Assembly: GCF_001194135.2 (NCBI RefSeq)
Contig: NC_068981.1
Location: 22,534,472 to 22,598,471, forward strand
Source: Octopus bimaculoides
Taxonomy: Eukaryota
Direction: 5' to 3'
Length of the DNA: 64,000 nucleotides
The notes beneath the pieces were generated by a model that was not told the origin of the DNA, made no database searches, and was given only the letters and a program-made list of their open reading frames with translations. The number at the start of each line of letters is the position of its first letter. Within the stretch, counting starts at the first letter, position 1. The translations under genes were made by a program, and so were the position numbers. Of the stretch, positions 35,302 through 48,699 are shown in pieces.

Positions 35302-38254
35302 CTGTCTCATCAAATTCCATCTAACCTATGCAAACATGGAAAAGAAGATGTTAAAATGATGATGATACATTTGATCGTGAGATAGTGTGTGTATATTTAT
35401 ACTATCATTATTCAAACTGAGGTTTTTGTTTCTTCTTTTATTAATATTTTACCATCTGAAAGTCATTTAATAAAGCATTTACATTCTGCCAAGCTGTGGA
35501 AGTACATACGTCAGCCACAGTTTGACATTTTCCAAATAATTTATTACCTTAGAGTCACATTTTTATGACTATTTTGACACTAAACTATAAGAAACTAACT
35601 AGTTCTGATTCAAAATCTCTTGTTTTAAAGTGTTCATACATAAATTGAAAAACCAAAAAGAATTGAATTAAAACCTTCCATCATAATTACATGTAAAAAT
35701 CTTTTATGTTATATTCCAAAAACTATGAAAATAGCGAGTGCAACATAACTGATAATGAAGAAGTTAATTGTTTTACTAAATCCCTTTAAATTTTTAATTT
35801 TCAAAATGATATTGAGTAAAACTAGGAAATGTGTTTCGTTAAAAATAGGTTAATGAAAGGGCTAAATTAAAAACTGGAATTGAAGCTGAAGTAAATTTAC
35901 AATTACAAAAACATGCATGTGATAGTAGCTCCATGGATAAGTCAGTATGGTGACTGTATGGAACATACACAGCATCATGATCAAAGCCTGACTCTCAGTG
36001 GCTGGATTCTTATAACCCTAGGTAGGCTGCTCTTTATTGTTTAATTCCAGGTCAGCCATGATCAAGGGATCCTATGATCAAAGCTGTTCTGATCATGACA
36101 GTTTTCTCCTCTTTCTCTTTTCCCCTTTTATTTTGGATTAATTTATCACTGATTATTTTTATCCAATGTGTTCTCTTTGAAAACTGTAGTGTGTATAATT
36201 TCAGGCTACTATTTTCTGTAGGTTAAGCTCCCTCAAAGAAGTCTCTCTGCTAACTAGCTCATGGGTATCAGATTCATTTGGCTTTGCAGGCTGGACTGAA
36301 GCATAAACTGGATCTCACAAGCTGGATAAGGATGATTATTCCTGAAAAAACCTTTTCATAATGTAAACGAAAGCAAATGGGTAAAGGAGTCATATATATA
36401 TATATTATAACAACTTTCTATATAAAAAATACAACATATTGCTCAGTGATTTCCTCTTAAAGTTATATAAACCAAAAGTGAAGTGTTCCCTAACTATGCT
36501 ACAACAGTAAATAATGGATGGTCTGTCATACTTTGGTTTACTTGTCCAGGTTAAACTCTTGCTTTGAGAAGAGCACCTTATCTAAAGGCAGATTTATTCC
36601 TCATCAATTTAATGCAACAAAGTTGGGTTCACTACATCACAAAGCTCCAGCTGTATGGATGCTTGTAGCATAGCTTAGAAAAAACAACAAAGGATAAAAA
36701 TATAAACACATTGCTGTGGTTCTGCTTTAAGTCAGCTATGAAAGACCTGTGACTGAAGGTATTCCAGCTTTGATAACCCCACTCCCAACCTCTTTTATTT
36801 TTGGTTTTTAGTAAAGTGTATTTAGAATAACATTACTGAATGTATCCTTTTCTTTTGTTAAACCAATAAGAACTGGTTTTAGGGGAATTTGGCTACTATT
36901 TTTGTAGGTTGAGCAACCATGTAGAGGTACACCTGTTGGCTACATTTAGTTTTAGGCCGACTCTGATCAATTAGACCTATGATCAAAGTCATTCTAACTA
37001 TGACCATCCTGTCTTTTAAGGAGTGCATAAGGGTACATCATTGAATATGTTTTCCTTACTTAAGATGATAATGTGTAATTTGAGGATGAATTTAATTGCA
37101 ATTTCTAGCAAGTCACGCAAACACATAGAAGCTCCTATTTGTTCTTCACAAGTATAAATGCTTATTTAACCCCAGGTCAGCCCTGATCAACTATACCTGT
37201 GATCAAAGGCTTCAAGTTATGACTATTCCATTTTTTATTTATTAATTCTATATCCTGAACTATATCATCCAATGTGTAATTTTTCAAGACAGTAGGACAG
37301 GTTTCGAGAAAGATTTGGTTGGTATTTCTAGCAATTGAAAGACCACATAAAACAGAATAATACACAAGTATGAGACTACAATGAAATTATCCTCTGTCAA
37401 AACTATATACAGCAGCAGTTGCAACTGCAAGAGCAGCAGCAGCAACTACAGCAGTAGTAAGGTTTGTAGATTTAACAGGCAGACCACTGTGAGAGGCACA
37501 ATAATGTGTCTTTGTTTAAATATTATGAATATTGATTTCTAACAAAGGCACAAGACCATACTGTGTTTGCAGAGGAGGGCTGCAGTCAATTAAACCGACA
37601 ATTATTTTAGGATCAAAGGCAAAGTGGATCCCCATAGGATTTGAACTATGTTGAGTGACAGTTTTATTCAGCGAACCTGATAATGAAAACAGTGTCTGTG
37701 AAAAGAGCTAAATAGCTGCTTCATAAATCATGAAAATATTCTCAACAGTGATATTGGGTTCATTGGCAGTGGCTTTATTGTGTAGTCCTATTTAAAACCA
37801 CTTGGTTTATTCAGTAATATAAATGGCTCTGATTCAGTGTATGTATAAATCAGGATATTACCAAAATGCATCAAACCATAAGCCCAGTGTAAAACACCTT
37901 GATTTTATAAAACCCCTTCAAACTGTTGGATAACAACCTGTCTTAAAGCACCTCTGGTTTTCTTCCAAAATTTCTCATTTTAAAGTGTCAATAATTAAAT
38001 TAGATCCTTCTATCCAAATTTTATATAAAAACTTCTCAATTCTTTTTAATATGAAACCAAAGAAATTTGGGAGGGAAAAGTAATGAATTACATCCCTAAT
38101 ATTCAACTGGTACTTATTTTGCTGACCTTGAAAGATGAAAAGTCAACTGCAACAGAATTTGAATTCAGAATGTAAAAGTGGACAAAATGCTTGCAAAATG
38201 CTGCCAAAGCATTTTGTCTGGTGCAGTAATGATCCTGTCAGCTTACTACTTTAA

Positions 38255-38458
38255 CCCTTTTGCATTCAGATTACTCTGTCAAATGTAATGTTTATGCATT
38301 TACATTGTTTTGAATTAATCATGCATCATCTTGTAGCTTTGAGATTTTGATGAAGTAACTGTTAAATTTTAGAATGATATTGTAAGGCTGGTGTAAGAGG
38401 CCAGATATGGCCAATTTTGAACATAAAACAGAATACTTTGGCTTTAAATGCTAAAGGG
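38255..38458. mobile_element. piggyBac-like MITE, 204 bp
   Basis: TTAA|CCCTTTTGCATT ... AATGCTAAAGGG|TTTAA; 11 of 12 TIR match, CCC/GGG termini, TTAA target (one extra T on the right). Confidence 0.8.
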
Positions 38459-38479
38459 TTTAACCTTCTTAATAATTAT

Positions 38480-38935
38480 TTCAAATGTTTGGCACAAGGC
38501 CAGCAATTTCAGAGTAGGGGTAAGTTGATTACATTGACCCAAGTATTCAACAGGTGCTTATTTTATTGACCCCAAAAGAATTAAAGACAAAGTTGACCTC
38601 AGTAGAATTTAAACTCAGAACATAAAGATGGATAAAATATCACTAAGCATTTTGCCCCATATGCTAACGATTCTTATTTCTTTATTGCTCACAAGGGGCT
38701 AAACATAGAGGGGACAAACAAGGACAGACAAAGGGATTAAGTCGATTAGATTGACCCCAATGCGTAACTAGTATTTAATTTATCGACCCCGAAAGGATGA
38801 AAGGCAAAGTCGACTTCGGCGGAATTTGAACTCAGAACATAACGGCAGACGGAATACCGTTAAACATTTCACCCAGCATTTTAACGTTTCTGCCAGCTCG
38901 CTGCCATGTGCTAACAATTCTGCCAACTTGCCACC
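38480..38935 (-). mobile_element. Nested SINE pair: young C1 (38673-38905) inside the head of C2
   Basis: C1 is flanked by ATATGCTAACGATT (38659-38672) and ATGTGCTAACAATT (38906-38919), 12 of 14 identical, read as a TSD. Confidence 0.9.
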
Positions 38936-39312
38936 TTAAAATCTTCTTAATAATGACAGTTGTTTCACTTAAACCGGATGGAGTATTTTATTAGAAATGT
39001 TATGAAAGAGTTGAGCTCTAATCAGGAGAAAGTTTGTGACAAGTGTCAGGGTTGGCATTTTACATTAAGCAAGCTAAGTGATTGTCTCGAGTGCTACCCT
39101 CATGGGGAGTTGCAAAATGTCTTCATCCAGTTAACACAAAAACCTTAGTAAAGAAGAGAGCAGGTGAGGTCATTCACAAAACATGGGTGAAGGTTAGAGC
39201 CTCATGGGGTGTGTCATCTCAGGGCTATAGCAGAAGCACTTGCCTGAGGTGCCATACAGTGGGACTGAACCCAAAGATATCTGGTTACAAAACAGGTTTC
39301 TTAACGACAGAA

Positions 39313-39357
<45 letters not shown>

Positions 39358-39769
39358 TTGAACTAATGAGAGAGTGTCTGCAGGTATGTGTGATTTGCTT
39401 GAAATAACAACCTAATTACTTTTGATACTTTTGTGATTGATACAAAATAATTAGTAGTCAGCATGTAATTGCTTTGGCTCAATCAACTTCACTCTTCCCA
39501 TATTAATTTGTAGCTTTGCAACAATATGAGAAATTTATACAAGTCCCATATAACCTGTGCTAGTCTTACTAATTTCTTTCTGAGAAAGGTATGAAAAGAA
39601 AAAAAAAAACAGAATCTAGAGGTTTCTCAAAACTAAAATGGTCAGCAGTTGAGTCTTTTACTCTGAATTTGCCACTCTTAGAAAGTGATGTATTTCTGTT
39701 GCAAGCTTTACTTTATAGAAATGATGTATTAAATGTTATCAAGTAAGGCAACCTTCCATTCTTAGCAAG

Positions 39770-39970
39770 ACTTCATTACTAATGAAGGAGGAACTCTTCC
39801 CTAGACTTTTTCTACTGCTGTGTCTCTCCGACCAGTCATAGCTAATAGCCATATAGGCCCCAGGTAGCAGGGGAGATCATCTTGCCATCTTGTCTCGGGT
39901 CAACCTCTTGATTTTGTCCGTTATCTTTGTGTCCATTCTGTCACCCTTCTTTATATGTGGGAAAAAATAG
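39770..39970 (-). pseudogene. 3' end of the ORF of a second RTE-type LINE family
   Basis: RRVTEWTQR*RTKSRG*PETRWQDDLPCYLGPIW, like the RTE terminal pattern VTEWxPRxxKRxRGRPxTRWxDDL. Confidence 0.7.
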
Positions 39971-40484
39971 CTAATCTATGTTGATAAAACAATAACAATT
40001 AAAAGAGGATATTAATTAATGTCTCATCTACCAAACTGGATTCTAATGTTCTTTAATCATTTGTTATTACACTTTCACTAGTTTATGCTGAGTTGTAGCC
40101 CTGCTAGGACACAACCATCTTGTTTGTTTAGCCTGATAGACATATGAAAGGCATTCCAACTGTGACCATTCCATTTATTTTTAACTTGGAGTTAATGTAT
40201 ATGAAACTACAATCTCCAAAGTGGTCTTTGTAAAGAAAAGGTTTTTTGAGGGAATTTTGCAGCTGCTTTTAACAAATCCAGCAACCATGTGAAGGCTCCC
40301 TTCATTAGCTCACTCTTTAGCTAATTAAGTCTGTCTGCTATGTTATGTGACTAGAGTATCTGGCTTCTTTGCCATATTAATGTTGTTCTTTAAATTCAAT
40401 ATATTTGATTCAAGAATAGTAATAAGAAGAAGCATAGCAACAGTGGCCATATTTAGCTGAATCTCCATTCTAGAACATTGATTA

Positions 40485-40516
<32 letters not shown>

Positions 40517-42335
40517 ATCTTTTACTTGTTTCCTTCTTTGGACAGCATCACCTTGAAAGATTTTAGTTGAATACATTGACCCCAGTACCTATATTTGCTT
40601 TAAAGTCTAGTATTTATTCCACTAGCCTCTTTTGTTGAATTGTTAAGTTACAGGGGTGTAAACAAACCAACACTAGTTATTGTGGTGCTCCAACATGGTC
40701 GTGATTGTGATATCTAATTCAAACTTATAAAAATAAACAAAGAAACTGAAATGTTTCATTTTCCAAAAGTTTAGCACTTGTTAGTTGTTGTTTCGCCCTC
40801 GGTCAGTTCTAATCCAGGATGTTTATGGTTAGGCATTCCACTTATCTTCTTCCCAGACAATGTATCTATAGCCGTATCACCTGGCGTAATTTTTTATGTT
40901 TTGGTAAGACATCAGGCTGCAATTGAGATAGATCTGGCTGCTATTTCTAACAGATCAAACAACAATGTAAAGGCTCACATAGTGTCTCAAAACTACCAGC
41001 ATAAGTTGTCACAAACAATATCTCGAAGTAAGGACGTTTTTCATTTTCTTTTTTTCCACTTTTTAAAGAATGGAGGGAGGGGGTTACTCTTTCCATACAA
41101 GAATTTCATAAAAACAAAATGTAAAACACAAATAAATAAATAGTTCTGATTTCACCTTATTTTTTATTTTGGTTATTTTTAACTATCTTATTTCCAACTT
41201 GTTTGGTTTATTTTGAGAGCATGTGCAGCTGCATGGTCAGATGTATTTTGAGTATATGCCTGCATGTACATGCACATACATACATTCAAATAAATATACA
41301 CACACATGGATGTACACGTGTATATATACACATATAAATCTGCACTTATATGTGCATGTATGTATACACACACATGTTTGTATGTACATACATATATGTA
41401 TTTATTAAAGAGGATACTTTTTGTCAATTAAAATTCTCTCATTCTCTTGAATCTTAGAATAGTTGACAACGTACCAATTATGATATGCTGTGAGAAGATA
41501 CATCCCTCTCTTAAGCAAGTCTGTCAAAACAAAAAACAACTAAAAAAAACAAAGGATGTAAAGTATATAAGATATACCACACCATCACACTCTTGACCTT
41601 TGACACCACCATTAACACCAGCAACCACTTGCAGAACCCACCACTCCACTACACACACTCCCTACCATTCCTCTACTCCACTCCCCAAACACCCCACTAT
41701 TAATATCCTATCACTGACCACTAACAGCCCTGCCACTCCCACTACACTGCCACTATACTCTCACCACCACTCCACCATTAACATTAGCCAAATATTTTCC
41801 TTAACCAACAAAAACCTCTGAGAGTTTCTAAGTGCCAAATGATTGTTAGGTAATCATTGTCTCACTTATGTTGTTAGAGCTAATTGGCATTAGAAATAGT
41901 GGTTTTTCTTGAAGGTCTCTCAAGTCAAGCTGTTTCCTGCTAATACAATAGCTAGAATGGTGACCTGTTTACGATGGTCCCTTTTATCAGGCTTTCATTT
42001 TCATACAACTTCTTCAATGTCATTTGAAACGCAGGTGCTATAAGATCAGGTCAATAAAATACCAGTCAAATACTGAGCGAGGGTGGAGGGTGGGTCAATG
42101 CTATTTACCAGCCCCTCACCCTTCAAAACTGTTGACCTTGGGCCTACGTTAGAGACAGTCATATTTAAGGCAGTGGACTGGCAAACCTGTTACAGCTTTG
42201 GACAAAATGCCTTGTTGTATATTTTCCAGCTTTTTACATTTTGAGTTCAAATCCCACCAAGGTGAACTTTGCTTTTCCTCCTTTCAGAGTTGATGAAATA
42301 AAATACCAGTGGTCTACTGAGATTGATGGTATTTA

Positions 42336-43564
42336 TGAGGTACATTCCAAAAGTTTTGAAACTTTTCTTAGGAGATCCAGTTATTACTGTCCTAGATTAT
42401 TGTAATTTTAGTATATCATTACTATACATCTAATAAGCTGACCCACCGACTTTTGTTATTCCAGATTGAAGGAGATGAACACACCCTATCAAACGCTGTT
42501 TGTCACTGCTGACTTGTTTGTAGAATGCATTCAGAATGTTTAGAAACTTGTAATGCAATAATTATTATCTCTGCCTTAGTGAAGACAGAAGTATTGTTTT
42601 CAGTCGTGTTTGTGTGTTCGTCCATGGACAAGATATCTCAAGAACCTCTGGATGGATTCAGATGAAACTTTCAGGAATGTTTGGCCTTGTGACTGTCACA
42701 AACTGATTAGATTTTGGGATCAATCTAGTACTGAACAAGGATTATTTTTCCTGTTTTTTTATTTAATTTTTGAGAGCTGTTGGGTTCAGTTTTAGTATTC
42801 TCATTTGTGAGAGCAGTTGAGCTTATTTCAGATATTTTCAATTTAAAAATCATCTCCGGCTAATCGTTGAGAGGATGTTGGTGTTGCCTTGGTGGAGGTT
42901 TGCATTCTCTGAGTGCTCTTGTATTATGTGTTAAACTGTCCAAAAACACTACAGAAACTTACAAAATATTCCAGGCTGCTTATGGATTAACATTCTTGCT
43001 GACACAAGAGGTTCAAGGATGGTAGAGAGGAGGTGAGAGATAGTAAGAAGAGTGGGAGGGAGAGGGATGTCAGATCTTCAGAGCTGGTTGGGGAAATTCA
43101 CAATTTTCTGGATGGAGATTGTTGTGTGTCTATAAAGACAACAAGCAGACAGTTTGGAGTTGGTGTGGACACAGAATGATTCATGACAATTTGAACATGT
43201 GTAAAATTCGTGCAAAGTTTGTTCCTAGGGTGCTCAGTGACAAACATCCTGGTAACCAACTACTTGATAGAGATGGACATCAAAACTATCCCTCACCCTT
43301 CTTATAGTCTAGACCTTGCTCTCTATGACTTTTCAATGTTCCCCAAGCTAAAGGAGAACCTAAAAGACAGTCATTTTGAAGACAGAGGCTGTGAGATGGG
43401 TCCTGGACACCTTCACTTTGGAGGACTCCCATAGGGCCTTCACAGAGTGGCTGGAGTGCTACAACAAGTGCAGTGAAGTCAGAGGATCTTCCTTTGAAGG
43501 AGTTTAAAGTTTTGTGCTTTGAAATTAATAAATGTTTCTTCTAGAACTTCTGGAATGCACTTTG
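42336..43564 (+). mobile_element. Internally deleted mariner-type transposon
   Basis: TA on both flanks (42334-35, 43565-66); degenerate ~24-bp TIRs (CATTCCARAAGTT core); relic peptides CVKLSKNTTETYKIFQAAYG, IHDNLNMCKIRAKFVPRVLSD and IKTIPHPSYSLDLALYDFSMFPKLKENL (YSPDLAP motif); the catalytic core between them is missing. Confidence 0.9.
42562..42921 (+). mobile_element. DINE-1/HINE-like non-autonomous Helentron (inferred), nested in the mariner
   Basis: Interrupts the transposase frame between NAI and CVKL; 5' hairpin CTGCCTT-AGTG-AAGACAG, 3' GGTGGAGGT matching the 5' end in inverted orientation, terminal stem-loop GCATTC-TCT-GAGTGC, no TSD, AT-rich site. Confidence 0.6.
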
Positions 43565-43779
43565 TACATCAAAACTACTGATCTTGTGTCTAAATCAGAA
43601 ATCATTGAGTCAAATCAGGCTCTGCTACTCGTACCATTTAACTCAGCACAACTTGTATGGTTGGGTGGCCAGTGACTACCTCCACCCCCCACACACACAC
43701 ACACTACTGGATGAGGAAGATGTATAGGTACTCTGCAGGACTAAAAAATAAAATGTGCCAGAGGGAAGAAATAGCTTTT

Positions 43780-43930
43780 ACATGGCTGTGTGGCTAGGAA
43801 GCTTGCTTCCCAGCTACATGATTTCGGGTTCAGTCCCACCGCGTGGCACCTTGGGCAAGTGTCTTCTGCTATAGCCACGGGCCGACCGAAGCTTTCTGAT
43901 TGAATTTGGTAGGTGGAAGTTACTGCTGTG
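43780..43930 (+). mobile_element. SINE B head
   Basis: TGGCTGTGTGGCTAGG...CGGGTTCAGTCCCACCGCGTGGCACCTTGGGCAAGTGTCTTC. Confidence 0.85.
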
Positions 43931-44315
43931 TGTGTATATGTCTGTGTATGTGCTTATGCCTCTCTCCGAAAGAGAGAGAGAGAGAGAGAGGGAAAAATAG
44001 AAACCAATGACTGACCATTCCTGGAGAGGAGACAGGAATCCTCATATTGTCTGCCTATTGCCATGCATCAACAGTCCATATTTTTGGCTACATATTTTAG
44101 ATGAATTACTTATGGTAGTAAACAGCCTCAGCCTTTTCCTTTTTATGCCTACAAACTGATCAAACAAGACAGCCAACCAATAATTCTATTGCTGTTTAGC
44201 AGGATTACAGTCATTCCCGCAGAGACCATAGCTTATTTCAGACATAGCAATTCTATGACTGCATTATTCAATATGTTCTTTTTTAAAATTTAGGTTATAA
44301 ATAATTTAGGTTTTT

Positions 44316-44963
44316 GGTGCAGGAGTGGCTGTGTGGTAAGTAGCTTGCTTACTAACCACATGGTTCCGGGTTCAGTCCCACTGCATGGCACCTTGGGCAA
44401 GTGTCTTCTACTATAGCCGCGGGCCGACCAAAGCCTTATGAGTGGATTTGGTAGACGGAAACTGAAAGAAGCCCGTCGTATATATATATATATNNNNNNN
44501 NNNNNNNNNNNNNNNNNNNNNNNNNNNNNNNNNNNNNNNNNNNNNNNNNNNNNNNNNNNNNNNNNNNNNNNNNNNNNNNNNNNNNNNNNNNNNNNNNNNN
44601 NNNNNNNNNNNNNNNNNNNNNNNNNNNNNNNNNNNNNNNNNNNNNNNNNNNNNNNNNNNNNNNNNNNNNNNNNNNNNNNNNNNNNNNNNNNNNNNNNNNN
44701 NNNNNNNNNNNNNNNNNNNTATATGTATGTATGTGTGTGTATATGTTTGTGTGTATGTATTTGTCCCCCCAACTTCACTTGACAACTGATGCTGGTGTGT
44801 TTATGTCCCTGTAACTTAGCGATTCAGCAAAAAGAGACCGATAGAATAAGTACTAGGCTTACAAAGAATAAGTCCTGGGGTCAATTTGCTCGACTAAAGG
44901 TGGTGCCCCAGCATGGCTGCAGTCAAATGACTGAAACAGGTAAAAGAGTAAAAGAGTAAAAGA
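44316..44963 (+). mobile_element. Full-length young SINE B (tRNA head, CORE-like block, central microsatellite spanning an N gap, GTAAAAGA tail)
   Basis: A-box TGGCTGTGTGG, B-box GGTTCAGTCC, GGCACCTTGGGCAAGTG (MIR/CORE-like), tail GTAAAAGAGTAAAAGAGTAAAAGA. Confidence 0.92.
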
Positions 44964-45748
44964 ATTAAACACTTTATTGGCTGTGGCTACAGTTTCCATA
45001 ATATTCATTTTAGCATAGAATGGAATAACATGAAATAAAAACACCTTGCTCAAGCATGCAGCACATTGGCAAGCCCAGGAACTGGCCACACACATTCCCT
45101 GCACAAAATACACACATACATATGCATTGGTTTGAGATGGTAAAAAAAATGGATGTAACAAATGAAATTAAGATGTAGTATTCAGATTTATGACAATGAT
45201 TTGTTGACATTGTCCTTTTCTGATGCTGATGAAATAAATACCAGACAATGAAGTACAGGTCTATATAATGAACTAAAATGTTTGTAGTTAGGGCTCCAAC
45301 ATGGCTACAATCTAGCGACTAAAGATCACACATACATAAATAATATACACATACAGAACAAAATATATATACATAAAATAAAACAAATAATACACACCTA
45401 CATAAAACACATATAAATAATACACACATACAAAATAAACCATACATACATACTCATATGCACATGCACACACACATATAAATATCTCATCTTTTTTTAA
45501 CCAGATTTTGATTATAATCCATTATATATATATATATATATATATATATAACGTGAGAGAGTTAGGGGTTGGGGATTCAACCCACTAAGGGATAGTATCT
45601 ATCCAGTATACTGCTGGGAGGGTACCCAATTATTGCTACATTAGTGCTATACTAGGTGCAATCAATGGGAGCGGGTAAAAGTGGAGGTTTTACCCAAAAT
45701 TTGTGTAACAATTAGAAAATAGAGGATAATATGCTGAATATATATATA

Positions 45749-45804
<56 letters not shown>

Positions 45805-46464
45805 GTGTGTGTGTATATATGTATAGTCTTTAGCTAGCTGCAATAATGACAGAATAAATATCATTAAACTGGTCTGATTGTCTGACTATTTTCTAGTATA
45901 ATCACTAGAAATTATAATATCCTTGCAAATCTATAAGATGTTAATAATTTTCTAGATGATTTCTACAGTGATCACTAAAATTCTGTGTCCCTTTTGGATA
46001 AATGAAAATTATCAAGTCTTCCTCACTGATGATAAGAATGCAAATTACAGCTCTGTTGCATGGAACAAGCTATTAACAATCATTTCGTTCGTTAAACATG
46101 GGTTCTTTTGATACAGCCATCTTAATGAGTGCTTCGTAGAAACTAACACCCATTATTTTGATTATTGCAAATCTCTAAAACTACGTTGCTAGGTACAATA
46201 AAGAAAATTTCTCATAAATTTAATTTCAGAATATTTAAGGTGGTCATTTGTTTCTAGCTCTAATTCAGCCCTTGGTTGAGCAGACCTATATAATCAAAGG
46301 TATTCCCGTTGTGACCATCACATCTTTCTTTTCTTTGGCATAGAGTAACTTGGATTATATTATCCAATGTGTTCTTCCTTTTTATATAAGATCATAGTCT
46401 GATATGAGAGATTTGGCTACTATTTCTAGCAAATTCAAAGATCACGTAAACTTTTATAATCATA

Positions 46465-46878
46465 GGCACAGGAGTGGCCGTGTGGTAAGTAGCGTGCTTA
46501 CCAACCACATGGTTCCGGGTTCAGTCCCACTGCGTGGCGCCTTGAGCAAGTGTCTTCTACTATAGCCTCTGGTCGACCAAAGCCTTGTGAGTGGATTTGG
46601 TAGACAGAAACTGAAAGAAGCCTATCGTATATATATGTATATGTATATATATGTGTGTGTATGTTTGTGTGTCTGTGTTTGTCCCCCCAACATCATTTGA
46701 AAACCGATGCTGGTGTGTTTACGTCCCTGTATCTTAGCAGTTCGGCAAAAGAGACCTATAGAATAAGTATTAGGCTTACAAAGAATAAGTCCTGGGGTCG
46801 ATTTGCTCGACTAAAGGCGGTGCTCCAGCATGACCACAGTCAAATGACTGAAACAAGTTAAAGAGTAAAAGAGAGAGA
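46465..46878 (+). mobile_element. Full-length young SINE B
   Basis: Nearly identical to 44316-44963 outside the central (TA)/(TG) tract; CpGs largely intact. Confidence 0.93.
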
Positions 46879-47293
46879 GTCATTCCAGCTATGATCATCA
46901 CATTTTTTAAAAATTTGGTTGAGTGTACTCTGGACCATATTATCCTATGTGTTCTTTGTATTTTCTTTATGACGAGGTGTGATCTGAGAGAGATTTGGTA
47001 GCTATTTCTAGCAGGTTTAATGACTTGACCACATAGCTGCTTTCTTTTTGGTCCAGTAAGAAGCAAGGTGTAAGTAAAGTCTCTTGCTTATTGGATAATA
47101 TGAATTGATGTAGAGTTGAAGACTGGTGAACTCTGTATTCTGAAATTACTAAAAAAGTATAGCAGGAAAATATAAATATCATATTTGCTATGTATAATGG
47201 TATGTTTCAGATAAATTCAACTATGGAAGACACTTGTACATTCTAGCATGAAAAGATAAAACAATAGTACATGGCTACACACAAATACATAAT

Positions 47294-47337
<44 letters not shown>

Positions 47338-48699
47338 TCTTTATACACACATATTGTAATTATATATANNNNNNNNNNNNNNNNNNNNNNNNNNNNNNNN
47401 NNNNNNNNNNNNNNNNNNNNNNNNNNNNNNNNNNNNNNNNNNNNNNNNNNNNNNNNNNNNNNNNNNNNNNNNNNNNNNNNNNNNNNNNNNNNNNNNNNNN
47501 NNNNNNNNNNNNNNNNNNNNNNNNNNNNNNNNNNNNNNNNNNNNNNNNNNNNNNNNNNNNNNNNNNNNNNNNNNNNNNNNNNNNNNNNNNNNNNNNNNNN
47601 NNNNNNNNNNNNNNNNNNNNNNNNNNNNNNNNNNNNNNNNNNNNNAAAAACAAAAAAATTTTTTTTTTAGTATTTATTTAAGTCACTTTATGATCTAAGT
47701 TCAAATAACAAAGAGGTTGATTTCACACCTCACTCCTCTCTGGTTAATGTACTAGTCAAATACTGTGGTCAGTGTAATCAACAGCACCTGACCCACCAAA
47801 ATTTTGGCCTTATGACAATTATAGAAATTATTATTATCAAGATAGCAAGCTGACAGAATTATCATGTTAGGCAAATACTTAGTGGCATTTTGTCTGCCTC
47901 TATGTCCTGAGTTCAAGATCCACAGAAGTCGACTTTGCTTTTCATCCTTTTGGGGTTGATAAAATAAGTACCAGTTGAGCATTGGGGGTCAATGTTATTG
48001 ACTTGGCCTTTCCCCAAAATTTCAGGCCATGTGCCTTCAGTAGAAAGGATTGTCTTCATTATTAAGGTGGTGACATCCTTTCAGGGTCAATAAAATGCTA
48101 GTTGAACACTGGGTCAATGTAACCAACTTACTCCTACCCCTAAAATTGCTGGCCTTGTGTCAAAATTTGAAACCATCTTATAATAATTCTGTTTGTAATT
48201 ATATTGCTTAGCCTATCAGTAATGCTTTAACGTGATTAAAGAAAAAGAGGATAAGGCAAAGAGGCAGAAAGAGAGAGAAAGAAAAAGAGGGAGAGAGAAA
48301 AGATAGAGAGAGAAGTGTCCATGACATGTGGTAGGGGGAACGTAATATTTATTACATGGTTAAAAATGCTAGGTGAAGGTAGTGATATAGAGGAGAGTTA
48401 GGAATATAATTTTAGCAGAGGGGTGATGTTCTGATGGTGAGATTAAAGAAAATCAGAGAGAGAGAGAGAGAGAGATGGTTGTGGTGGAGGTTGTGATGTC
48501 ATTCCTAATGCTAAAGGATGCTATTTATGTGACACCTGTACTGATGGGGTGGGGTGGGGGTCACCAAGTAACTTGCAAGACAAAAACCCTCTCAACTGGG
48601 TGGGAGAGAACAACGAGTAATTTAAACAGCATTCAGTTTTGCTCGGGTGAAATCATAGAATGTCAAAATTTGTGCAAGCATACGTACATATACACACCA

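Noticed and set aside
36549-36651. Plus-strand exon candidate (LNSCFEKSTLSKGRFIPHQFNATKLGSLHHKAPA)
   Set aside because: Good acceptor but only a moderate donor and no homology I recognise; indistinguishable from a pseudo-exon without RNA data.
37408-37458. CAG/CAA-rich tract as a polyglutamine exon
   Set aside because: The frame is closed by stops within about 30 codons and has no good acceptor; decayed trinucleotide repeats are common here.
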